This document shows positions 46,780-55,174 of a stretch of DNA of 64,000 nucleotides, in pieces. The stretch spans positions 5,755-69,754 of the forward strand of contig CANQEO010000003.1 of assembly GCA_947595215.1 (NCBI GenBank). The letters run 5' to 3'. Numbering within the stretch: the stretch's first letter is position 1; every line of letters starts with the position of its first letter. Origin of the DNA: an uncultured Bacilli bacterium. GTDB lineage: Bacteria; Bacillota_I; Bacilli_A; RFN20; CAG-449. The notes under the pieces are model-generated. The model worked only from the letters and a program-made list of their open reading frames with translations. It had not been told where the DNA came from and ran no database searches. Both the position numbers and the translations under genes were made by a program.

Positions 46780-48105
46780 TTATTTTCCCACACAAAATCG
46801 CGCGAAAATCTCTCGTTCTAAATCAACGCGAATTTCTTTTCCTAAGACTTCATTAATATAATCATAAGCACTTTTTAAATGAATAGCCACTAAATCTAGA
46901 GGTAATAAAGATACCACTTGCTCTAGAGCACTCTCCATCTCATCACGAGCCTTTTCTAAAAGGGCAATTTGACGAGCCGAACAAAGAGAAGGTTTTGTAT
47001 ATTCAACTTGATCTAAATTTAATGCCTTCTTAATTGCTTGTTTTACTTTTTCAATATCATTATTGAGTGCTGATATTTCAATACGATTATTATTTTTTTG
47101 CTTTAATAAATCACTTTTATTATAAACAACAATAACGTTTTTACCATCTAACAACTTTTCTACTTCTTCATCGATTTCTTCTGTAATTGCATCTTTTATA
47201 TAAAGTACCAAGTCAGCATTTTTAATATTTTCTATTGACTTTTCAATTCCTATTTTTTCGATAACGTTATCAGTTTTTCTAATACCCGCTGTGTCATATA
47301 GGTGAAGTGTGATTCCTTCTAAATTCATCTCTGCTTCAACGACATCGCGAGTAGTACCCGGTATTTCGGTAACAATTGCTTTATCTTGATTAATTAAGGC
47401 ATTTAATAGTGACGACTTTCCTGCATTAGGTGCACCGATTAATGCAACAGAAAAACCTTCGACTACAGCAAGATTTTTCTTTCCATCGTTAATTAAGGAA
47501 TCCATCGTCTTTTTTGATGCTTTCATAGTTTCTACAATTGATTCATAAGTTATCTCTTCGATATCTTTATATTCTGGATAGTCAATATTAACTTCAATGT
47601 TTGCTAAAAGCCCCGCCAAATTATCAACAAGCGGAGTTAAAAGAGCGGATGTTTTCCCATTCAATGCATTCATTGAAATATTTTTTGACGCCAAGCTTTC
47701 AGCGTTTATTAAATCATTAACTGCTTCTGCTTGAATTAAATCCATTTTACCATTATAAAAAGCACGGCTGGTATATTCGCCACGACTTGCATAACGGGCA
47801 CCTAAAAAAAGCATCGTTTCGACGATTTGATGAACAATTAACATCGAACCATGAGAAGTGATTTCAACCATATCCTCACCAGTAAACGAATGAGGTGATT
47901 TAAAAAAAGTCGCCATCACCTCATCGATTATTTCGTTTGTTCTAGGGTCGATTATTTTTCCATATCTAACATAATTAGGTTTTAATTCATATTTTGTTTG
48001 AAACACTTTTTCTAGTATTTCAGCGCTTTTAGGACCACTTACACGTATTAATGCAAGTGCACTTTTTATCGGAGCGGTCGCTAAAGCTACAATGGTATCA
48101 AACAT
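46780..48105 (-). CDS. mnmE: tRNA modification GTPase MnmE
   Basis: 441 aa with G1 GAPNAGKSS, G3 DTAG, NKSD and the C-terminal CVGK motif. Confidence 0.95.
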   Translation of the reverse strand: MFDTIVALATAPIKSALALIRVSGPKSAEILEKVFQTKYELKPNYVRYGKIIDPRTNEIIDEVMATFFKSPHSFTGEDMVEITSHGSMLIVHQIVETMLFLGARYASRGEYTSRAFYNGKMDLIQAEAVNDLINAESLASKNISMNALNGKTSALLTPLVDNLAGLLANIEVNIDYPEYKDIEEITYESIVETMKASKKTMDSLINDGKKNLAVVEGFSVALIGAPNAGKSSLLNALINQDKAIVTEIPGTTRDVVEAEMNLEGITLHLYDTAGIRKTDNVIEKIGIEKSIENIKNADLVLYIKDAITEEIDEEVEKLLDGKNVIVVYNKSDLLKQKNNNRIEISALNNDIEKVKQAIKKALNLDQVEYTKPSLCSARQIALLEKARDEMESALEQVVSLLPLDLVAIHLKSAYDYINEVLGKEIRVDLEREIFARFCVGK

Positions 48106-48106
48106 T

Positions 48107-49150
48107 TTATTTCCTCTTTTGCATATGTTCGTTATATATACGAGTATAGTATTCGCGCCAAATATTTAATACATTGTCTTTAGAATAGTATTGGGCGATA
48201 TAATTAGATTTTTCCACTTCTTTTTCATAATAATTCTTATCTTGTTGAAGTTTACGAATCAAAGATGAAAAACCTTCATTATCTTCCGCGGCACTATATT
48301 TGTCAAAAAGAATCTTTTCATAAAGATCTAAATTACGAAGAACAATCGGTTTTTTTACATTGACCGCCTCTAAAATTGACATTGGAAATAATTCATTATA
48401 AGAAGGCATGAAAAGGCAATCAGCCATGTTATAAACTTCATTCATTTCATCTCTTTTAACTATTCCTAAAAATTTAACATTTTCCGGAGGGTTTTCATAT
48501 ATTTTCTTTAATTCATTATAGCCATCTGTGATAAAGCCAAAAGAGAAACCTCCTGCCCATACAAAAGTGATATCCGGATTCTTATTAGCGACATCAATAA
48601 AATCTAAAACACCTTTACGATGTTGTACTTGACCAACTCCTAATACTACAAATGAATTTGGATTGATTTGGTATTTTTTTCTTACTTCAGAAACTTTTTC
48701 ATGGTCTAATACTTTAAAAGTTTCGTGATCGACAAAATTAGGAATATATTCGATGTTTTCTTTCTTAATTCCTAATTTTTCTAAAGGTTCAATAAAAATA
48801 GGATTAACTACAACGATATGGTTAGCTTTACGATAGAAACTTTTCACGTAACTTTTAAATATTTTAAAAGCGAATTTTGGTAATTTAATAGATCCATCTA
48901 AAGTTTCTGGTAAAAAGTGAACATAGGTGATAAATTCGGATTTTCTATGAAACAGCATTTTTAGATAAAATCCAAAATTAACGGTGTGAATATGATATAT
49001 GTCATATTTTCCTCTTTTATTGACGCTGATATCAAATATATCGTCCGCACCTTCTTTTACTAATTTGAGTTGTTCTTGATAAGCAGAACCGACTCCTTGT
49101 CCATCGACCGAATCAGCTTTTGATAACATATTAATCTTAATTTTTTCCAT
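48107..49150 (-). CDS. GT4-family glycosyltransferase (probable membrane glycolipid synthase)
   Basis: Start MEKIKINMLSKADSVDGQGVGSAY, with GAGG 6 nt upstream. GT-B C-domain with E-x7-E (YNELFPMSILEA). The specific substrate is not determinable from sequence. Confidence 0.7.
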   Translation of the reverse strand: MEKIKINMLSKADSVDGQGVGSAYQEQLKLVKEGADDIFDISVNKRGKYDIYHIHTVNFGFYLKMLFHRKSEFITYVHFLPETLDGSIKLPKFAFKIFKSYVKSFYRKANHIVVVNPIFIEPLEKLGIKKENIEYIPNFVDHETFKVLDHEKVSEVRKKYQINPNSFVVLGVGQVQHRKGVLDFIDVANKNPDITFVWAGGFSFGFITDGYNELKKIYENPPENVKFLGIVKRDEMNEVYNMADCLFMPSYNELFPMSILEAVNVKKPIVLRNLDLYEKILFDKYSAAEDNEGFSSLIRKLQQDKNYYEKEVEKSNYIAQYYSKDNVLNIWREYYTRIYNEHMQKRK

Positions 49151-49242
49151 AACACGCCTCACAACTTCTCAAAGTATCTTTAATTATACACGATTATTAT
49201 TTTTTTAACATCTGATATTTAATGTTGCTTTTTATTTCAAAT

Positions 49243-49267
49243 TAAAAACCCAACCTTTAAGTTGGGT
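49243..49267 (-). terminator. Rho-independent terminator after jag
   Basis: ACCCAAC-ttaaag-GTTGGGT on the minus strand, followed by TTTTTAATTT. Confidence 0.7.
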
Positions 49268-49273
49268 AATTAG

Positions 49274-49873
49274 TTAATCAACGTATTTAATATGAATTTG
49301 ACGATTCTTACCAAATCCTTCAGATTCTGTCTTGATATGCGGCATACCAGTTAATGCGTTATGAATCGCTCTTCTTTCATCTGCAGGCATCGGATCCAAA
49401 GTAGCCGCTACTTTAGTTCTGGTAACTTCATGGGCTAATCGTCTCGCAATCGCAATCAAGCGAACATATTTCTCGTTTTTATAATCGCTGACATCGAGAA
49501 GAATTCTAAATCTTTTCTTAAAATGGTTAGAAACCGCAAGACGAGTAAGTTCATTTAAAGCTTGAAGTGATTTACCATTTTTACCGATGATAATCGAATT
49601 ACGAGGACTCTCAATACGAAGATTAATAATGCCATCTAAATAAGATGAAGTAACTTCGCTTTCAAATCCGAGCACTTCGATTCCTTCTTTTACATAATTC
49701 TTTGCAAATTCAATCACGTCGCTGATTTCATAAACATCAACAACAGCTTTTTTTGAAAATAAGCCTTTTGTTTCCTCTTTTACTTCATACATTAATTCTT
49801 CAACAGTGGTGTTCATATCTTGCGCTGCAAGAGCGAGAACATCTTCAACTGTTTTACCGGTATATGTTTTCAT
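49274..49873 (-). CDS. khpB: RNA-binding protein Jag/KhpB (Jag_N, KH, R3H)
   Basis: 199 aa with Jag_N (GKTVEDVLALAAQDMN), a KH-like core (IIGKNGKSLQAL) and R3H (ERRAIHNAL). Located downstream of yidC. Confidence 0.85.
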   Translation of the reverse strand: MKTYTGKTVEDVLALAAQDMNTTVEELMYEVKEETKGLFSKKAVVDVYEISDVIEFAKNYVKEGIEVLGFESEVTSSYLDGIINLRIESPRNSIIIGKNGKSLQALNELTRLAVSNHFKKRFRILLDVSDYKNEKYVRLIAIARRLAHEVTRTKVAATLDPMPADERRAIHNALTGMPHIKTESEGFGKNRQIHIKYVD

Positions 49874-49894
49874 GTTTTTTTTCTCCTTTAACTA

Positions 49895-51169
49895 CTATTT
49901 TTTATTCTTATATTTAATAGTGTTTGATGATTTACGATTATTTATATGTTGAATGATTAAGGTTTGAGCGATTGAGATTAGAGCACCGATAAACCAGTAT
50001 ATAGCCATACCAACCGGAAGGGAGAATCCCATCACGATAATCATAATCATCATGATATTATTGACCCATTTCATAGTACTTGCATTTTTCTCTGCTGCTG
50101 GATTTTTACCTAATTTTTCAACATTCTTGGTGCGTTGTTTTTGCATAATCATCGGCAACTTCATAGAGAGGATTTGCGCCGCACTCATGAGTAAGAATAA
50201 GATGATAGCTACCCAGTTTAATTGGAAGATAGCGCTGCTAGTCGTTATTGCCAAACTTAAACCTAAGATTTCTCCATCTGCAAGAATAGCAGTACCTGAC
50301 ATAGCACCCCAAACTGCAATAAAGACAGGGAATTGAACTAACATGACGATAAACATACCAAACGGGTTAATACCATGTTTTTTATAAAGCGCCATTTGCT
50401 CTTGTGCAAGATGGGATTTTTCGTATTGATTAGTATTAGCATTAGGATATTTATTTTGCAAACGGGCTAATTCCGGCTGAATCATATTGATTTTTTGTTG
50501 GCTCATCGTTTGTTTAAAGCTAACCGCTAAAATTAACGCTCTAACAATTACCGTAACAAGTAAAATGGCCCCAACTTGACCCCAACCATTAGCGCCAAAC
50601 GCAACGCTGAATGTATGAAGTAACCACGATACCGGATATACAAGTAATCCTTCAATTGGCCCATAATTGAATGCTTGTCCCCATGATACAGATTCTAGAT
50701 GTACTCCATTGCCATTATCGAAAACATAGTTTTCTGGGGTAATACAAGTTCTAGTAGCAGAAATACCGCTATTCATTTGTTGTTTAAAATAATTGATATA
50801 GTCAGCACTTGCAACTTTTTGATATCCGATTTCAGGATCAGCTTTAGCTTCTTCAACCCATTTATCGAAGTTATACCACAAAGTTGGATTATCATTTGCA
50901 TCTAATCCCGCAAAAGCGACAAAACTTTTACGAACCGTTTCATCTTTTGCGATTTCTGTCGCTACTTTTTCTTCCATATAAATCTTAAATTCAGCACTTG
51001 GAAGGAAGTAACCATTATTGACTGCATTGTTATTAATCGCTTCAATGTTATCTACATAATATTGCTCTAATAACTCAGCTTGATCTTTAACTGTACAAAA
51101 ACTTTGAGTACAGCTAGCTAGCACCACTAGCACGAAAAGGGCACCTATAATCTTTATGAATTTCTTCAT
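49895..51169 (-). CDS. yidC: Membrane protein insertase YidC/SpoIIIJ, lipoprotein form with long N-terminal extracytoplasmic domain
   Basis: 424 aa with lipobox VLASC and the conserved core (QPELARLQNKY..., KKHGINPFG). Overlaps rnpA by 4 nt. Confidence 0.9.
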   Translation of the reverse strand: MKKFIKIIGALFVLVVLASCTQSFCTVKDQAELLEQYYVDNIEAINNNAVNNGYFLPSAEFKIYMEEKVATEIAKDETVRKSFVAFAGLDANDNPTLWYNFDKWVEEAKADPEIGYQKVASADYINYFKQQMNSGISATRTCITPENYVFDNGNGVHLESVSWGQAFNYGPIEGLLVYPVSWLLHTFSVAFGANGWGQVGAILLVTVIVRALILAVSFKQTMSQQKINMIQPELARLQNKYPNANTNQYEKSHLAQEQMALYKKHGINPFGMFIVMLVQFPVFIAVWGAMSGTAILADGEILGLSLAITTSSAIFQLNWVAIILFLLMSAAQILSMKLPMIMQKQRTKNVEKLGKNPAAEKNASTMKWVNNIMMIMIIVMGFSLPVGMAIYWFIGALISIAQTLIIQHINNRKSSNTIKYKNKK

Positions 51170-51507
51170 CGATTGTCCTCCTTAATTTTTATCAGTAACT
51201 TTTCTAGATTAGTCCGATTGGTGAGATAATCACTTTCAATAAAAGTTTTTCTCACAATCAGTACGATATCGTACGCTTTAATCGAAAGACTTTTTTGAAT
51301 TTCATCAATCATAGAACGTACTTGTCTTCTAATCAAATTTCTTGTTATGGCTTTTCCTAATTTTTTTGAGGAACTAATTCCAAAACGTGGATGATCGTAT
51401 TCGCTTGTAGCATAATACATCACAAAACTGCTATTAGCAAATGATTTTTTATTAGCAATTACCTTTTGAAAATCTTGATGCGATTTAACGCGATTTTCTT
51501 TTTTCAT
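51166..51507 (-). CDS. rnpA: Ribonuclease P protein component
   Basis: 113 aa, basic, with the RNR-type motif (AITRNLIRRQVR). Sits in rpmH-rnpA synteny. Confidence 0.9.
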   Translation of the reverse strand: MKKENRVKSHQDFQKVIANKKSFANSSFVMYYATSEYDHPRFGISSSKKLGKAITRNLIRRQVRSMIDEIQKSLSIKAYDIVLIVRKTFIESDYLTNRTNLEKLLIKIKEDNR

Positions 51508-51527
51508 CCATTTTGCCTCCTAATTCT

Positions 51528-51559
51528 AAAAAAACCACCGGAAGTTCGTCCAGTGGTTT
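51528..51559 (-). terminator. Hairpin plus T7 run between rpmH and rnpA (partial terminator/attenuator)
   Basis: On the minus strand: AACCACTGGA-cgaact-TCCGGTGGTT (one G-U pair) followed by TTTTTTT, then the AGGAGG RBS of rnpA. Confidence 0.6.
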
Positions 51560-51566
51560 AAGTTTC

Positions 51567-51701
51567 TTAGGCAGAAAGGACTTTTCTTCCTTTTAACCGA
51601 CGTCTAGCTAAAACCTTACGTCCATTAGGGGTAGCCATTCTTGCACGGAAACCGCTAACGTTTTTATGTTTTCGTTTGCTAGGTTGATACGTTCTTTTCA
51701 A
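51567..51701 (-). CDS. rpmH: 50S ribosomal protein L34
   Basis: Not in the ORF track (44 aa). TTG start 8 nt after GGAGGTG. Translation (M)[43 protein letters not shown] matches the L34 consensus. Confidence 0.9.
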   Translation of the reverse strand: MKRTYQPSKRKHKNVSGFRARMATPNGRKVLARRRLKGRKVLSA

Positions 51702-51826
51702 ATTGATACACCTCCGATTTAAATCAATAGACGCTTAAGATTATAATAATAAATATATAACTAGTCAACCATATGAGGCAAAAAAATAAAATTTAGATTT
51801 AGCGTAAATATTCGAGTTTTTTTGCC

Positions 51827-52103
51827 TGTGAAAACTATTTAATTTTATTGGTCTACACTATGTATCAACAAATCTACACCATGTGGAAAACGCTATTTTT
51901 TGTATGTGAAAAAAAGATAAAATCTCGATAAAATAACGTTTAACTATTGTCGAAAATACAAAAACAATGTTGTTTTTAATCCACATTTTCCACAAACACC
52001 TATCCACATTAAATTATCCACACCGCTTTCCACAACAAAAAATTGTTCATAATTGTGGAAAACTTAAAATATTCGTCGTTTTATAGATTTTGATTGTGGA
52101 AAA
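51827..52103. promoter_or_regulatory. oriC DnaA-box cluster (rpmH-dnaA spacer)
   Basis: At least ten TTATCCACA-like 9-mers. One is perfect (52014-52022). Five head-to-tail boxes lie at 51977-52034, and three inverted TGTGGAAAA boxes are present. Confidence 0.85.
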
Positions 52104-52177
52104 TTTTATTTAACCCCATTTTTTTCTATTTATGATAGGGTCATTCGTGATATTATTTTCATAACGTCGGAGGTTAT

Positions 52178-53554
52178 GTGTATATGGTCGTTACATTATC
52201 ACAACAAAACCAGCTTTGGTCTAATGTCTTATCAATAGTAAAGGATCGTATCTCTGACCGACATGTCTTTGATTCATTCCTTGCAGATTCAAGAATTCAT
52301 AAAATCGATGGAAATAAAATAATTGTTATCGTGAATTCGGCTTTAGCAGCAAATCTATTAAAAAGTAATGCACATTATAATGAGATTATAAATGACGCTT
52401 TAAAAATGGTAACTGAATCTCAATATGACTTAGAATTAATCACCTCGGAAGAGGTCAAAAACTTCACTGATAAACCACAACCGACAAAGCATCAATTCTT
52501 CGCCAATAGTGTTATCAATTCAAAATATACATTTGATAATTTTGTCGTCGGAGATTGTAATCGTGAAGCAGTTCAAGCTTCAATCTTAGTTACGGCTGCT
52601 CCCGGAGGATCTTTTAACCCTAATCCGCTATTTATTTATTCAAAATCAGGTTTAGGAAAAACTCACCTTCTCCACGCAATTGGAAATCGTGCAAAAGAAA
52701 CAAACCCATACGCAAAAGTTTTGTATATCAATACTGATACTTTCATAGATGAATTCATCCGCTATGTTCGCGGTGATCAAGAAAGCGAATCTTTAAAAGA
52801 TTATTTTAGAACCGTGGATGTTTTACTTGTCGACGATATTCAATTCTTAAGCGATAAAAATAAAACTTCAGAAATGTTCTTCCATATTTTTAACACTCTT
52901 ATAAATTCCGGAAAACAGGTAGTTTTAACTTCGGATCGACATCCAAATGATTTAAAAGGATTAGAAGAACGTTTAGTTAGCCGTTTTAATATGGGATTAA
53001 GTGTTAATATTGTTAATCCAGATACCCCCACTTTAATTCAAATCTTAAAAACAAAAATCAGTTCTAATGGCTTAGCAGTTGAAAAATTTGATGCTGAAGG
53101 CCTTGTCTTCTTAGCTGAAAACTTCAATAAAAATATTCGTGAACTTGAAGGGGCTTTAAATCGTCTTATTTTCTATACAATCAATATCAAACATGGCGAA
53201 AGAATTACTCTTGATATTGTGAAAGCTTCAGCGCAACCTATCATGAGTGTCAAAAAAGCCTCAAAAACGATCACAGAAGAGCGAATTATCGAAACTGTTG
53301 CCGATTACTATCATTTAACGGAGCAACAAATCAAATCGAAGTTTAGAACTTCCCAAATCGCTTTAGCTCGTCATATCGCGATGTATCTATGTCGGCAATT
53401 ATGTTTCACTCCATTTATCAAATTAGGACAGATATTCGGTGGTCGCGATCATTCAACTGTCATCTCGGCTGTTGATAAAGTGAGGATAATGTTAAAGACA
53501 GACACACAATTAGCCACAGCGATTAACGATATACAAAAATCATTAAAAAGTTAA
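52178..53554 (+). CDS. dnaA: Chromosomal replication initiator protein DnaA
   Basis: 458 aa with AAA+ Walker A GLGKTHLL, Walker B LLVDDIQF and a domain IV helix-turn-helix (IALARHIAMYL). GGAGG lies at 52169-52173. The start is either GTG at 52178 or ATG at 52184. Confidence 0.97.
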   Translation: MYMVVTLSQQNQLWSNVLSIVKDRISDRHVFDSFLADSRIHKIDGNKIIVIVNSALAANLLKSNAHYNEIINDALKMVTESQYDLELITSEEVKNFTDKPQPTKHQFFANSVINSKYTFDNFVVGDCNREAVQASILVTAAPGGSFNPNPLFIYSKSGLGKTHLLHAIGNRAKETNPYAKVLYINTDTFIDEFIRYVRGDQESESLKDYFRTVDVLLVDDIQFLSDKNKTSEMFFHIFNTLINSGKQVVLTSDRHPNDLKGLEERLVSRFNMGLSVNIVNPDTPTLIQILKTKISSNGLAVEKFDAEGLVFLAENFNKNIRELEGALNRLIFYTINIKHGERITLDIVKASAQPIMSVKKASKTITEERIIETVADYYHLTEQQIKSKFRTSQIALARHIAMYLCRQLCFTPFIKLGQIFGGRDHSTVISAVDKVRIMLKTDTQLATAINDIQKSLKS

Positions 53555-53699
53555 AATACCTGTCTCCTTTATATCATTTATGATATAATATGTATGGTTT
53601 GATAAATTTTATTCATCAACGAATAGAACTTATCAACAATTCCCACAGCTATTATTGTTGTTATTATTTATCCGTAAGAAAAAGAAAGGAATAATAAAA

Positions 53700-54821
53700 A
53701 TGAAATTAACAGTCGAACGTCTCGAACTTCTAAAAACATTAACAACCGTTTATATTGCCATCGGTTCTAAAACACCATCTCCAGCTTTGTTGAATTTCAA
53801 ATTAGAGATGGAAGCAGATCGGTTAGTAGTCACCGGTAGCAACAATGAAATGACTATCCAAAGCATTCTTCCGGTTCGTCGTGAAGAACGCGATATCATT
53901 ATCAATTACGAATTAGGGGCAACTTTAATCTCGGCGCGTTACCTTTTAGAAATCGTTCGCAAGTTAGATTCCAAAATAATTACAATCGAAATAATCGATA
54001 CCACAATCGTTAAGATTCGTGATGATAAATCAGAATTTAAATTAAATTCAATGCGTGCTGAAGAATATCCGGATCTCGATTTAGATGTTCAAGGAGAAGC
54101 AATTGAATTTAGCGCTGAAGATTTTAAAAGAATCGTCGCTCAAACGGCATTTGCGGCCTCTACCAAAGAGAGTAGTCCGATTATCACTGCAATCAATGTA
54201 AAAGCAGATGGTGATATGTTAGATTTTTCAGCGACAGATAGATTTAGATTAGCAAAGAAAAAATATCAATGTGCGGAATCTCATCGTATTGAAGCAAATA
54301 TTCCAACTAAGACAATTGTCGAAGTTTCTAAGTTGCTTGATGGTGGCGTTATTAGAGTCGTTATCGCTGAGAACAAAGTGGTATTTATCTATGAAGGTAC
54401 AAAAGTATTTTCACGCTTAATCGGTGGGGAATTCCCAAATACCAATAGAATGATTCCGTCAACATTTGCTAATGTGTTGAAAATCAATGCCGCTAAGTTC
54501 ATTGAGGCAATGCAACGCGTTTCGTTATTAGTTACTGAAACTGAAAGTATCGTTAAATTAACTTTAACTGAAGATGAAGTGGTTGTTTCTTCTAGAAGTG
54601 AACAAGTTGGTTCTGCCGAAGAACACATTGAATTATTCGAATATAATGGTAATCCATTTACGATTTCTTTCAATGTTAACTACGTTATCGAAGCGATAAA
54701 AGCGGCGATGAGTGAAGATGTTGTCTTATCATTTGTCGGAGAAACTTCGTTATTCAAAGTAACCTCGCCGACAGATGAAAGCGTAATTCAAATTGTAACA
54801 CCGGTTAGAACATATTATTAA
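53700..54821 (+). CDS. dnaN: DNA polymerase III subunit beta (sliding clamp)
   Basis: Start MKLTVERLELLK, preceded by AAAGAAAGGA. 373 aa. The 15-codon upstream extension in the ORF track is unlikely to be translated. Confidence 0.95.
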   Translation: MKLTVERLELLKTLTTVYIAIGSKTPSPALLNFKLEMEADRLVVTGSNNEMTIQSILPVRREERDIIINYELGATLISARYLLEIVRKLDSKIITIEIIDTTIVKIRDDKSEFKLNSMRAEEYPDLDLDVQGEAIEFSAEDFKRIVAQTAFAASTKESSPIITAINVKADGDMLDFSATDRFRLAKKKYQCAESHRIEANIPTKTIVEVSKLLDGGVIRVVIAENKVVFIYEGTKVFSRLIGGEFPNTNRMIPSTFANVLKINAAKFIEAMQRVSLLVTETESIVKLTLTEDEVVVSSRSEQVGSAEEHIELFEYNGNPFTISFNVNYVIEAIKAAMSEDVVLSFVGETSLFKVTSPTDESVIQIVTPVRTYY

Positions 54822-54828
54822 CAATCGA

Positions 54829-54856
54829 AGCCAGGAAGAAATTCCTGGTTTTTTTT
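54829..54856 (+). terminator. Rho-independent terminator after dnaN
   Basis: CCAGGAA-gaaa-TTCCTGG followed by a T8 run. Confidence 0.8.
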
Positions 54857-54955
54857 AATCTTCTAGATAGAAAATATTATTTGTTATTTATATTCATAAA
54901 TAAATGTGTTAAAATATTCTAGTAGAATTCTTTTTTTATTGACTATGGAGTGCAT

Positions 54956-55174
54956 ATGAAAAACGTAAAAATCAATAGTGAATTTATCACGCTAGGTCAA
55001 TTTCTTAAATTGGTTAATTTAATCGATAGTGGTGGTGAAGCTAAGTTTTTCTTGAAGACTCACAAAATCATAATCAATGATGAAGAAGATTATCGACGTG
55101 GGAGGAAACTTTATCCATGTGATATCGTCGAAGTGGAGGGAGAGCATTATACGCTCGTAGATAATGTGGATTGA
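54956..55174 (+). CDS. yaaA: S4-like RNA-binding protein YaaA
   Basis: 72 aa; FITLGQFLKLVNLIDSGGEAKFFL... Conserved position between dnaN and recF. Confidence 0.8.
   Translation: MKNVKINSEFITLGQFLKLVNLIDSGGEAKFFLKTHKIIINDEEDYRRGRKLYPCDIVEVEGEHYTLVDNVD

Noticed and set aside
53655-53699. 15-codon extension of dnaN. Similar extensions occur on rpsF (17084-17113), pth (34065-34082), tatD (46778-46795), the GT4 gene (49151-49162) and yaaA (54950-54955).
   Set aside because: In each case an internal ATG gives the conserved N-terminus and is preceded by a proper Shine-Dalgarno. The longer ORF, often with a GTG or TTG start, would translate through that RBS.
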